Below, in pieces: positions 37,624-50,095 of a stretch of 64,000 bases of DNA. This stretch comes from Octopus vulgaris. Lineage: Eukaryota. Under the pieces are notes generated by a model. That model saw nothing but the letters and a program-made list of their open reading frames with translations, did not search any database and was not told where the DNA came from. Positions within the stretch are counted from its first letter, which is position 1; each line of letters opens with the position of its first letter. The translations under genes were made by a program, and so were the position numbers. Location of the stretch: assembly GCA_951406725.2 (NCBI GenBank), contig OX597823.1, forward strand, positions 98,332,001 through 98,396,000, read 5' to 3'.

Positions 37624-38281
37624 CATCATCATCGTTTAGCGTCTGCTTTCCATGCTAGCATGGGTTGGACGGTTCAATTGGGATCTGGGAAGCCAGAAGG
37701 CTGCACCAGGCCCAGTCTGATCTGGCAATGTTTCTACGGCTGGATGCCCTTCCTAACGCCAACCACTCCATGAGTGTAGTGGGTGCTTTTATGTGCCAGA
37801 CGAGGCTGGCAAATGGCCATGATTGGATGGTGCTTTTTACGTTCCACTGGCACGAGCCCAGTTGGGGTGGCGCTGGCAACGGCCACGTTCGGATGGTTAT
37901 CTTACGTACCACCAGCATTGGTATCACAGCTGCAATTTCCATTGATGTTGATCGATTTTGATTTTGATTTTCATTTGCCTCAACAGGTCTTCACAAGTAG
38001 AGTTTTATGTCCCAAGAAGGAAAGGTATGCATAAGTGGACTGGCTACATCCCAGGTAGAGGCCACAGGTTATGGTCTCACTTGTCCTGCCGGGTCTTCTC
38101 ACGCACAGCATACTTCCAAAGGTCTCGGTCTCTAGTCATTTCCTCGGTGAGACCTACAGTAAGAAGGTCGTGCTTCACCACCTCGTCCCAGGTTTTCCTG
38201 GGCCTGCCTCTTCCACAGGTTCCCTCAACCGCTAGGGTGTGGCACTTTTTCACACAATTATCTTCATCCATTCTTGCCATC
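37624..38281 (-). mobile_element. RTE LINE 3' end: ORF C-terminus, 3' UTR, tandem modules, Meta-like core and (GAT)n tail
   Basis: GRGRPRKTWDEVV...DRDLWKYAVREKTRQDK* is contiguous with the repeat found many times in the window. Confidence 0.88.
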
Positions 38282-38318
38282 CATATATATATATGTTAAC
38301 GTATATTAAAATACATTT

Positions 38319-38666
38319 GGGTGCGGGAGTGGCTGCGTGGTAAGCAACTTGCTTACCAACCACATGGTCCGGGTTCATTACCACTGCGTGACACCTTGGG
38401 AAGTGTCTAACCAAGACCTTGTGAGTGGATTTGGTAGATGGAAACTGAAAGGTATATATATATATACCTTTCACATACACACACACACACACACATATAT
38501 ATACGATGGGCGTCTTTCAGTTTCCATCTACCAAATCCACTCACAAGGCTTTGGTCAGCCTGAGTCTATAGTAGAAGACACTTGCCCAAGGTGCCATGCA
38601 GTGGGATTGAACCCGGAACCATGTGGTTCGTAAGCAAGCTACTAACGACACAGTCACTCCTATGCC
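38319..38666. mobile_element. Inverted pair of CORE-SINE 5' halves joined at a microsatellite
   Basis: 38319-38451 plus and 38514-38666 minus are reverse complements of each other. Confidence 0.8.
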
Positions 38667-38689
38667 TATATATATATATACATTAATAA

Positions 38690-40655
38690 ATATAATATGG
38701 GACAATTATTCGGTAGCCATGATAAAACTCCATGTTTCAGATGTCAGGGCGGAAACCCACATCGGCATCTGTTCAGTTATTGGGCCATCGAAAAAGTTCT
38801 AGGAAAATGACCATGAAACAAAGAGGAAGTACTGTGTGATTGACTGTTATTAAGTCAAAAGAGCTATTAGAATGATTGCTAATTAAGGGGAGAGAGTAAA
38901 GGGAGGGGAGGTAAAATGTTCATAGTAATCATGGAAGCGTGCATGTCCATACACACACATGCATGCCTGCACACCCACGTACATGCGCCTATATATATAT
39001 ACTTATTCACCCTCACTTGAAACACATACATGCTCACCCACACATTCACCAAAAAAATATATGCATACCTGCATACAGGCTCGCGCGCACACACACACAC
39101 AAAAAAGGTTCATAAACGCGTCTATATATGCATATGCATGAGAAAAAACAGGGCTAAAGGCAAAATACTGAAAAACATGTTAAAAAAAGTGTAAAAAATA
39201 AGCAATAAGAGTAAAACATGTCTATATATGCACATACTCGCATGCACGCACACACATGTCTATATATGCACATGCCCACAGACGTCTATATATGCACACA
39301 CACACACACACATGCACAAAAATGTTTCATACACATGTCTATATACGCACATGCACAAGAAAAAAACAGGGCTAAAGGCAAAATACAGAAACATGTAAAA
39401 AAAAAAGTGTAAAAAATAAGCAATAAGATTAAAACACATCTATATATGCACATACCACACACATGCACACATCCATACGTGCACATGTCAGAACAAGAGA
39501 GGAGAGGTGGGTGGGAGTGAAGGGAGGTAATAGGTGTGAGTGGAAGAGAGGAGAGGGGGTTAGATGAAGAAAGTAGGGGAGTTGAGCCATGTAGGAGCAA
39601 AGAAAGAAGATCAATTCCTGTTCATGGCGAAGCCGGGAATCCAGATGGCCCTGTGCAAGGACAGTCCAAACACAGACAGGTGTTGTAAAGAGTGACTGGT
39701 AGAGCAGAAATGGTGTGAGACCGGGGTATTGTTGCCATGTCTGATGTCTCGAAGGTGTTCCGCGGACCAATCAGCCAAGCGGTGTCCCGTTTGACCAATG
39801 TACAGAGAAGGACAGAGAGGCTAGGAGATGCAGTTGTTGACGTTGCTAGAAGTGCAGGTTAAGGAGTCAGTGATATGATAGATTCGATGATGGGTGCCAG
39901 TGAGGATGGTGTTGTTGGAGAGGTAAGGGCAAGTGCAGCAGCATGAGCGGGAGCAGGGGAATGAGCCGGGTTGGGAGGTTGGGTTAGGGAAGAAACTGTG
40001 GACCAGGAGGTCGTATAGATTGTGGGCTAGTTTGAAGGAGAGGAGGGGTCAGTTAGGGAAGATGTGTGAAGTGGAGGGGTTGGACTGTAGTCGCCGGAAG
40101 GCTCGGAGAATGTTGCGTTGGGGAGATAGGGTGGAGGGGTGGTATGTGAGGGGAAACGAGTGGTGGGGCGGGTGCAGGGGAGAGAGCATGGTCCACAGAA
40201 TGTGCTCTGCCAAGGGCAGTGTAGATAGTGGTGAGGGGATATCCATGTAGGATGAAGTGGTGAGCCATGAGTTGAGACAGAGTCTCAAAGTCGTGGTTGT
40301 CACTGCAGAGCCTGTACAGACATAGGAGGTGTGTTTAGGGTGGAAGGAGTAGAAGTTGAGGTATGAGTGTGAGTCTTTGTGAGAGTGGAGTGATGAATGC
40401 AGACCGAAATGTCGAGAAAGGTGATGGAAGTGTTGGAAATAGTGCAGGAGAAGTGGAGGGCAGGATGGAAAGATTGGACAAAAGAGAGGAAAGAGACTAT
40501 TTGTTTGTGGGAGAGTGAGGTTGCACCGATACAGTCATCAATATAACGACCATATAGTTCGGGAGTGGGACTAGTGAAACTTGAGAATATTTGGGCCTCA
40601 ATGTAGTCAACGAGCAGGTTCGCATAGTTGGGGCCCATTCTCGTTCCCATGGCCA
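38690..40655 (-). mobile_element. Penelope-like element (RT, GIY-YIG, long 3' region ending in a hammerhead)
   Basis: MGTRMGPNYANL, RYIDDCIG, ITFLDISV; TCTSSNV...LYIGQTGHRLA...EHLRD; hammerhead-like motif at 38722-38780. Confidence 0.85.
38722..38780 (-). ncRNA. Degenerate hammerhead motif (core CTGAACA)
   Basis: Homologous to 48485-48544; G8 is mutated. Confidence 0.45.
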
Positions 40656-40907
40656 AATATATATACATTTATATATAGATATATATTTATGAAAAAGAAC
40701 GAAAACGCTATTTTTCTGAAAAATTGGGTACATTTTAATTTTCTTTATATAAATACATTAAAAGAAGAATGTTTTGGTTTTGTTTGACATGTTTCGGTTT
40801 TTGAAAAAGAGCTATTAATAAACTTAAATCAAAATTAAAATAAGCATTCATAGTTTAATTTCCTTTCTTCTTCAAATGTAGATAGTAGTAATTTCCCATC
40901 ACAGACA

Positions 40908-40949
40908 GTACCTAAAGAGACCCAGAATGGGTCGAAACATGTGTTGTGC
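40908..40949 (+). ncRNA. Degenerate hammerhead motif (core CTAAAGA)
   Basis: gtac CTAAAGA gaccca-gaa-tgggtc GAAA catgtgtt gtgc, followed by aataaa. Confidence 0.55.
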
Positions 40950-41109
40950 CCAATAAAGTCTGTTGCACATTTCATCTATTTTATTTATACTGTTACCCCC
41001 CCCCTGCCACTATGAAGTTCATGCAATAAATCTACGGATAACAACAGGTAATTGAAACTGTGCTGTTGCTTTACTCATTGTCTATTTATACATTTTGTAT
41101 AATTTCTCC

Positions 41110-41146
<37 letters not shown>

Positions 41147-41149
<3 letters not shown>

Positions 41150-41446
41150 TGTGATCACCATGACTGATCAGGCTATCAAATGTTGCTACACATCGCTGGT
41201 CACAATGCACTTCGCATTGTTTTAGCCTTCAAACGATGCCACCCCGCTGGCCAAGTGAGCAGGCCAGTAGAAGAAAGAATGAGAGAAAGTTGCGGCAAAA
41301 GAGTACAGCAGGGATCGCCACCATCCCCTGCCGGAGCCTCAGGTGTTTTCGCTCAATAAACACTCACAAGACCCGGTCTAGGAATTGAAACTGCGATCCT
41401 ATGGCTGCGAGTCTGCTGCCCTAACCACTGGGCCATTGCGCCTCCA
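41147..41446 (-). mobile_element. tRNA(Arg-like)-derived SINE, near full length
   Basis: Minus-strand head ggaggcgcaatggcccagtggttagggcagcagactcgcagcc...tttcaattcc with A/B boxes. Confidence 0.75.
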
Positions 41447-41481
<35 letters not shown>

Positions 41482-41488
<7 letters not shown>

Positions 41489-41860
41489 GGAGTAGCTGTG
41501 TGGTAATTAGTTTGCTTACCAACCACATGGCTCTGGGTTCAGTCCCACTGTGTGGCACCTTGAGCAAGTGTCTTCTACAACCTTGGGTTGATCAAAACCT
41601 TGTGAGTGGATTTGGTAGACAGAAACTGAAGAAGCCCATCGTGTGTATATATATATATGTGTGTATGTTTGTTTGTGTTTGTCGCCCCACCACTGCTTGA
41701 CAACCAATGTGTTTACATCCCCATAACTTTGCCTGTTTGGCAAAAGAGACTGATAGAATAAGTACTAAGCTTACAAAGAATAAATCCTGGAGTTGATTTG
41801 TTCGACTAAAGGCTGTGCTCCAACATGGTCACAGTCAAATGACTGAAACAAATAAAAGAA
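41482..41860 (+). mobile_element. Full-length CORE-type tRNA-SINE
   Basis: A box tagctgtgtgg, B box gggttcagtccc, CORE-like gcaccttgagcaagtgtc, internal microsatellite, 3' hairpin cagtc-aaat-gactg. Confidence 0.8.
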
Positions 41861-41885
41861 TATAAGAATATATATATGTGTATAT

Positions 41886-42314
41886 GACCTGTTGAGGCAA
41901 GTGAAATCGAAATCAAATTTGATGACTGGCATCTGTGCTAGTGGAGCACTAAGAGCACCATCCGAGCATGATCGTTGCAAGAGCAGCTAACTGGCGTCCA
42001 TACCGCTGGCATGTAAAAAGCACCATTCAAGTGTGATCATTACTAGTGTTGCCTTACTGGCACTTGTGCAGGTGGCACATAAAAAAAAAACTTTTGAGCG
42101 TGGCTGTTGCCAGTACCACCTGACTGCCCATCGTACTGGTGGCATGTAAAAGCACCCACTACACTCTCAGAGTGGTTGGCGTTAGGAAGGGCATCCAGCT
42201 GTAGAAACTCTACCAGATTAAGATTGGAGCCTGGTGCAGCCATCTGGTTCGCCAGTCCTCAGTCAAATCGTCCAACCCATGCTAGAATGGAAAGCGGACG
42301 TTAAATGATGATGA
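41886..42314 (+). mobile_element. RTE 3'-end repeat starting within the RTE 3' UTR (other copies 28355-28520, 44618-44832, 50818-51138, 60184-60530)
   Basis: Begins gacctgttgaggcaagtgaaatc, matching the reverse complement of 37960-37990. Confidence 0.75.
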
Positions 42315-42315
42315 T

Positions 42316-42620
42316 ATCAACTGGCACTCCATCTGTTATGATGTTGAGGGTTCCAGTTGATCTGATCTATGGAACAGTCTGCCCAGGAAATTAATGTGCA
42401 AGTAGCTGATCACTCCACAGATATGTGTACCCGTAATGTAGTTCTCAGGGTGATTCAGTGTGACACAGAATATAATAAGACTGGCCCTTTGAAATACAGG
42501 TACTACTCAATTTTGCCAGCTGAGTGGACTGAAGCAACGTGAAATAAAATGTCTTGCGCATGGGCACAATGTGTTACTGGAAATACCCTAACCACCTGCT
42601 AGAAATTGAACTCATGACCT
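42316..42620 (-). mobile_element. Second CORE-type SINE family (copy at 55255-55595)
   Basis: The two copies align; CORE-like gcaagacactttatttcac and a tRNA head lie on the minus strand. Confidence 0.7.
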
Positions 42621-44116
42621 GCTGGTGCTAAAGTAATTCTGTAATCTTTTTTTTTTCTCTCATGTGCTTGTCTAACAAGTTCCGCAGATACATCATGCAT
42701 AGTTGAGTTGTTACCATTATTTAAGGGTATCACTCTGTAAATTCACTTGCTCCATCAAGTAAAAATTTAGCAGAATCGTTAGTACACCGGGCGAAATGCT
42801 TAGCAGTATTTTGTCTGCCGTTACGTTCTGAGTTAATATTCCGCCGAGGTCGACTTTGCCTTTCATGCTTTCGGGGTTGATAAATTAAGTACCAGTTACG
42901 CACTAGGGTCGATATAATTGACTTAATCCGTTTGTCCTCTCTGTGTTTAGCCCCTTGTGGGTAGTAAAGAAATAGGTTTTCAAAAACTATGGCACTTATG
43001 CTAGAATTGAGAAAATGTAATACAATTAAAAAAAAAAAACCCCAAAAGACCAATTATGAATAATCAAAATATATTAATCCTTTAGTGTTTAATTTTCATT
43101 CTACAATTAATTAAGGTTAAATAACAAGAAAAATAAACTGTATGAATGGAAAATGTAATAAAAATGTGATTGTATTCCTGAAAAGTTATTGATATATGAA
43201 TAATAATTAAAATTGAAACAAATTCTCTGTATTGTATAATTTTCTTTCCCCTTTGAATACCTGTGCATTAATGAGTTAAACGAAAGAGCAGGTGAAAGTT
43301 TTCATTCATTGCTCTGTAAGTCTGCGAGATATTATTACATTATTCAACTTTTTGTCATTCCGATAAGTATTATTTCCCTGATTCTGTTTGACAACTAATT
43401 AAATATTTATAAAAATCAAGTTTTAATTTTCTTTCTTCATTAAAAAAAAAATTCATCAAGAGAATAAAAAAAAGCAATTAAGCATTCAATAAATGGAATC
43501 ATTTTCGTTTTTTAAATGCATTTCTATATTTCCTTTGTGAGGTAAATGTTGGTACACTTTCTCAATAAATTTCCAAGTGTGAGGTAGGAAAAATATTCAG
43601 ATTGTTGCCTTTTAAATGACAACTATTACTTATTGAAATCTGAAAGTAACACACACACAAGTTGTTGTTACTGTTGTTATTGGATGCTTGTGGTCAGTTC
43701 TGATCAAGAAGTCTAGACAATGTGATAGTTAAATAGAAGTGTGCTTACTTTTTACTCCTTTCTTTTTATCAGCTTTCTTTATTATTTCCATTAAAACTAT
43801 TGTTCTGCAAAAGCTATATTCAGTGTACCATAATGTAGGTTAGCTTGAAAATATAACTGCTTATTCTGTATTTCATGACTTGTGGGGTTGTTTGGCATTT
43901 GAGATTGGCTCCTTCATACCTTGCTTGAATGGTTAGGTGGCAGTAGTGGTAGTTGTACTAGTAGACTAATGCAAAATTGACTTGGTTAATGTTAGAATGT
44001 ATCATAGGTTCTACTTCTGTACAGAATTGGGGCATAGAATGCATTTACTTTAGCATCTAAAAGTATTTTGAGTTTGTGTAAGAGAAGGAGAGAGAGAGAG
44101 AGATTTTAATGTCTCT

Positions 44117-44158
<42 letters not shown>

Positions 44159-45887
44159 ATGAGCAGTTATTGAATTTGTATTTGAAGATATTATATGGGC
44201 TGAAATAAACAATAACTTCTTATACAACTAGTCAATGGCAGAGACACAAAGTGGAACATCAAAAAGCTTTCATGAAATACAATGTGATAATGTGTTTTTT
44301 TTAAAATAATTTTTACATGTTTTTTTCTTTTTCTCAACCTTCATGCTTATATATACTTGATGGTTTAAGAAATTTAGAAATACGGGTTTCTGTAGACTTT
44401 GTCTTATGGTTGGATGCTTGCATGTATGCCAATCATTGGAACATGAAATGTGAGCAGAATGCATACATGTATATGTTTGTATGTAACCCTTCTTAATTTC
44501 TCCATGATGGACCAATTTTCAGGGAGCATGCAAAAAGGAAAAGAAAAAAACTTGGTCAAGAAATGATAAGTAAATATATAATGGATTGAATAAAGAGACA
44601 GCTGTAGGTAAGGAAACTCATCATCATCATCATCATTTAACGTCTGCTTTCCATGCTAGCATGGGTTGGACGATTTGTCTGAGGGCTGGTGAACCAGACT
44701 CCAATCTGATCTGGCAGAGTTTCTACAGCTGGATGCCCTTCCTAATGCCAACCACTCCGAGTGTAGTGAGTGCTTTTACGTGCCACTGGCATGAGGGCCA
44801 GTCTGGTGGTACTGGCAACGGCCACGCCCAGTCTAAATATAGCCAAGGCACTTATTTTCGAACTGCAATGGATTTAGGTTTGATTTTACTGTATGGTAAG
44901 TGCCATCTACTATCCTGTTGCATGTTTTAGTCATTTGACTGTGGCCATGCTGGAGCACTACCTTAAAGGGTTTTAGTCAATGAAATTGACTCCAGGACTT
45001 ATTCTTTATAAGCCCAGTACTTATTCTATCGGCCTCTTTTTGCCGAACCACTAAGTTATGGGGGCATAAACACACCAGCATCGGTTGTCAAGTGATGGTG
45101 GGGGTACAAACATAGACACACATACACAAGCATAAATACACACACACACACACACATGATGGGTTTCTTTCAGTTTCCATCTACCAAATCTACTCACATG
45201 GCTTTGGTTGGCCCGAGGCTATAGAAGACACTTGCCCAAGCTTCTTACCAGACAACCACGCCTGCAGAAATACCAGTCAAACCTCTTCAAAACTACAAGC
45301 TTTATTAACTCGAAAAAGGTGGGACACAATGAAGTATCCCTAAATATCTGGGGAAAGGATTTGATGGTAACAGCTGGAATGTCTTTGGTATAAGGTCTGC
45401 TTAATCAGGGCTGAATATGAACTGAACAACATGTTGAGTGTGAACAACTCACACACACACACACAAAGATATTAGTAGACATTCCGCACACAGTCTCTAT
45501 GCTAAACATACAGATACCAACATACACATTCAGTTATTGTTTCACACTCACACACACACTCTCACTATCTCATACAGTTACACACACACACCAGCAAACA
45601 ATCAGCGTCATATTTTTCATTTATTATTTATTGGAACGTTAAAATCTTTGTGGGGCTTGTCGGGGGAGGAGGAGGAGGAGGGTGACTATAATGACCATAG
45701 CAGACTGACATGTCAGTCTTACCAAACCAATTTTATTAATATAAATATGGAAGCGAGGGTTGGTGACAGGAAGTGCATCTGATCATAGAAAATCTGCCTC
45801 AACAAATAGTCTGATACCATGCAGGCATGGAGAATTGGACATTAAATGATGAGATCTTAAATGCTGATGGTAATTTGTGACGTAAAA

Positions 45888-46119
45888 GGTGGTGAGCTGG
45901 CAGAAATGTTAGCACGCCAGGCGAAATGTTTAGCAGTATTTCGTCTGCTGCTACCTTCTGAGTTCATATTTCCGGCGAGGTAGACTTAGCCTTTCATCCT
46001 TTCGGGGTCGATAAATTAAGTACCAGTTAGGCACTGGGGTCGATATAATCGACTTAATCCCTTTGTCTGTCCTTGTTTGTCCCCTCTATGTTTAGCCCCT
46101 TATGGGCAATAAAGAAATA
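45888..46119 (+). mobile_element. Full-length Nin-domain-type tRNA-SINE with a perfect 19-bp TSD
   Basis: TSD ggtaatttgtgacgtaaaa at 45869-45887 and 46120-46138; contains ttagcctttcatcctttcggggtcgataaattaagtacc. Confidence 0.85.
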
Positions 46120-46221
46120 GGTAATTTGTGACGTAAAATGCCTCGTGATACTTGTTTTGATTCTCTGGAAGTCTGAGTTCATATCTGGCTGAAGTTAACT
46201 TTGTCTTTCATGGCTTTGAGG

Positions 46222-46272
<51 letters not shown>

Positions 46273-46452
46273 AAATACCAATCAAGGGTTGTAGATTGGT
46301 GATACTATGAGAATGCTGGAGTATTTGTTTCAGTTTTTTGTGTGTCTGAATTCAAATTCATACTCTATCTACTACTCTTGCCTTTGGTTTTCGTGAATAA
46401 ACTACTCTTTTGCTGGGACACTGAAGGATTTTTTCTATGAAATTGAACCCAG

Positions 46453-46510
<58 letters not shown>

Positions 46511-48484
46511 CAACAGTAACATCGTCCTTTATAAGACTGCTACATTCTGTTGCCATATAAACTTTACTATTACGTACTGTTACTATATATTTCTCGCCAG
46601 AGATTTAAAACTAATATTTATCATTCTCTTTTTACCAAACGGCGAAGTTAACAGGATGTTAACAAGCCAATACCAATTATCAAACGGTGACACACACATG
46701 ATGATTTGTATACACACAGACACACTCTTTTTTGGAACAGTGAATCTAGAAGCAGATAAAGCTATAAATAATGATGTATGAATGCTGAATTAAAAAAATA
46801 GTTTGAACAGGAAAAGGTCGAAGTATGGAAGTCAAACTCCATCTCCTTAATTTGCGAGGTTAAAAATTTTACTAAATCAATTAGCTTTTACTTCTTTTCA
46901 AATTATAAATGGCTGAATTTTGAATTCGGCGCACTTATACTCTTGGAAAAGAAAAGTCTGTTTTCGGAATTAGGATATTGAAAATTTCTTTCAAAATATT
47001 TCTACTTGAAAAAAAAAAATGTTTTAGTTACTCCAGAAATAAAATCTGTTTTCCACGAGGTATGAGGCGCCTAACCTGAAACTTCGCCAATTAAGAATGA
47101 AATTCTATAGAAAATATCTAAAGAAATGTTATCTAAGGGAAATAACTCATCATCTCTATTACGTCCCTTGTATAAACGTTGTGCAGTTGAAAGTGTTTGT
47201 CATCTGGTTTTAATTCCCTTTAATTCACTTATGTCTGTAAAGCTTTTTAATGCAACCTAAATGTCACAATACCTGTTTTCACCCCTCTCGAATATAAATT
47301 TTGTTCACCTAGTCTAGTTTATGTTTGTACGCACGCACATACAATAACACAAACATCATACTCCAAACAACCAACAAATTACACGCCCAAATGCTCAACC
47401 TCTACGCCTTCCTCTCTTCGCTCTTTCTCACGCGCAAGTACGTGATACTACGCCAAGAAAACTTTCTATGGGAAAGAAGAAAAGGTATTAATCCTTTATT
47501 ACAGGTGGCGCAAAGCGTAGAGGTATATTTTTAACTACAGAATCAGTCATTGTCAGGAATATCTGCATAGTTCAGCCAAATTCCCCACAAATCGCATCGT
47601 TACATCTTAGAAAGGGACACGTTGAAAATTGTGGTCTGTGATTCCCTGCACATAAGAAAAAGATGGGATGGTCATGGCAAGAACGCTTTTGATTATAATC
47701 TCATCAAATAGGGCTGATCTGGAACTGCTACAGCTTGTCCACCTCTTGACTGCAGTAGATCTTTCTAAACAAGTCTTTTAGTCCATTTGAAACAGCTTCA
47801 TGTATGCCATTATTTTGTTTTTATGTTTGAAAAAGAATGAACATTACTACATCTCACCTCTAATCATTATTAAATTCTGAGGCCGAGCCTACTTATTTTA
47901 AATTCATGATATAACATCCTCTACTCTTGTTTGTTGCCCTTTCTGTGTGTGCGTGTGTGTATATAGATAGATAGATAGATAGATAGATAAAACTTACTTG
48001 GAAAAGGATGCGTGGCGTTCGATCATGTATGCATATATGTACATACTTACATATATATGTCTATATACATGCATCTATGAGTTACCTTTGAAAAGCTGAG
48101 TAGATAAAACAGGGGACAACTGATGAAGGGAATGTTCTTTATGTTGCATTTCTCATTTCTCTGTTTTTTCGATGCTTGAAAAAAAGTTCGTTTTCTATGT
48201 TTTTGTTTTTATGTTCTCGTTTTTCATTTTGTCTCCTTTTTTTTTTTTTGATGTCCTGTACCCATATATGCAGGTATATATACATATATATATGTAGGGA
48301 TGTACATATATGTATGTATATTTATGCATGTATTTATATATTATTTATATTATATTATATATATATATATATATTAATATTAATAGTAATGGTAAAACAT
48401 CAAAAGAATGAAAGAGACCTCGATATTATTTAAATAGAGGAATTTATCTCTAATATACTATGTGACAATTAATCGGTTGCCATA

Positions 48485-48544
48485 ATAAAACTCTGAGTTT
48501 CGGATGTCGGGCCCGGAATCCTGCATCAGTATCTCTTCAGTTAT
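48485..48544 (-). ncRNA. Hammerhead motif in a solo Penelope terminal repeat (~48430-48720)
   Basis: ataa CTGAAGA [imperfect stem II] GAAA ctc-a-gag tt ttat. The surrounding sequence is homologous to 38690-38940. Confidence 0.55.
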
Positions 48545-49689
48545 CAAGGCAATCAAAGTATGCTATGAAAATGACTGTTGAACAAAGGGAAATTACTATG
48601 TAATTAACCGTCATTAAGACAAAAGAGCTATTAGAATGACTGTTAAATAAGGGGGAACAAAACCGAAGGGAAGGAAAAAGTAAAGGAGTAAAAATGCTCA
48701 TAGCGATTGCATATGTGCGTATGTACATACATACACATGTGTGTATGCACACCCACATACATGTGCCTATATGCATATGCTCACTCGCATGAAGCACACA
48801 TGCACCCCCCACAATGCACCAATAGATGCATGTACATGTATACATATCCACACACACACTCACGTGCGTGTGCGTGCATGCGGGTGTGTGCCTATACTAG
48901 AAAGGATTACTATCTTTAGTGTTGAACTGGCAGAATTGTTAGAGCTTTAGGAAAATGCTTTGCGATATTTGTTTCAATTTTCAGTTCAAATTCCTCTGTG
49001 GTTGACTTTGCTTTTTGTCCTTCTTGGGTTGATAAAATAAGTACTAATCAAGTAGACATAATCGACTTGTCACCCTCCCCGTCAAAAAACTTACTGACTT
49101 TGGGCCAAAATTTGAAAGAATTCCTTTTTTTATTGCTTTGTTCGGAAGGAGGTGCAATGTTCATAACTTTTTATAGGGCCTCTGAGACTACAGATTCTGA
49201 CAGAGGAAGTTACTTCAAACTAGAGACCCAATTGACCTGAATGCTTGCCATAGAGTAGGCTCCACTAAAGGCATTCAAGGACCAGGTGGTGATGCTAAAA
49301 TGGATGACAGATTAAGTCAACAGCTCAATTAGGCCACAGCAAGATTTGATCATAGAATTCAAAGAGCCAAAAGAAATACTGTAAGAAATCTCTTTCACTG
49401 TAATAATAATTTCACTTGTCTTTTGACTGGTACTTTATCAAACTCAGAAGGACAAAAGGTAAAGTTGACTTTTGAACAGAATTTGAACTCAGAACCCGAG
49501 AAGCCAGCCTAGATACTGCAAGCAATTTTTCTGATGCTTTAATGACTGCCAATTTGCTGACACTGCTACTTGAAACTGGTCCCTTGCCTTTGAGAACCAC
49601 AGTGACATTGATGGTGTTGCATTTGATATAAGGCATGTTGTCTGACCATATTTGGTGTGAGAACCTTTTGCTTTTCAATTGCTTCTTTC

Positions 49690-50095
49690 TAAGTTATAAA
49701 CAACATCAAAGCCCAGAGCACACCAATGTGCTAGACATTAAAATCCCTAACGGTGTTTCATGGTGACCACATGTCCCTTCTCACATTGACAAAACTGCAT
49801 CCAATATGCTTGGTTTTCTCGTTAGGGACCGGAAATACTTTAGCTGCTGATCCTATACAAAGTTCATTAGAATATTGTTCTCATATTTGAATGTGGAAGT
49901 ATCCAGCTGATAAAACACAAACATGTAGATCACATTTCAAGCATAAATATAATAAAGAAAACGAAATCTATCCATCAGCTGGTTGGAAGAATTTAACCTT
50001 CAACAGGCTGCAACCTCTAGATAGCAACACTGCTGCTTTCTCTTTCGGTCTCTTCTACAATGGATCCTGCTCTTCTGAATTGTACACTTTAGCAA
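49690..50095 (+). mobile_element. Old L2/Jockey-group LINE remnant
   Basis: LLILYK..LEYCSHI, RLQPL, NTAAFS, FYNGSCSSEL. Confidence 0.6.

Noticed and set aside
41370-41446. tRNA-Arg-like sequence
   Set aside because: It is a SINE head continuous with a repeat body; the cloverleaf is imperfect. The same applies to the other A/B-box heads.
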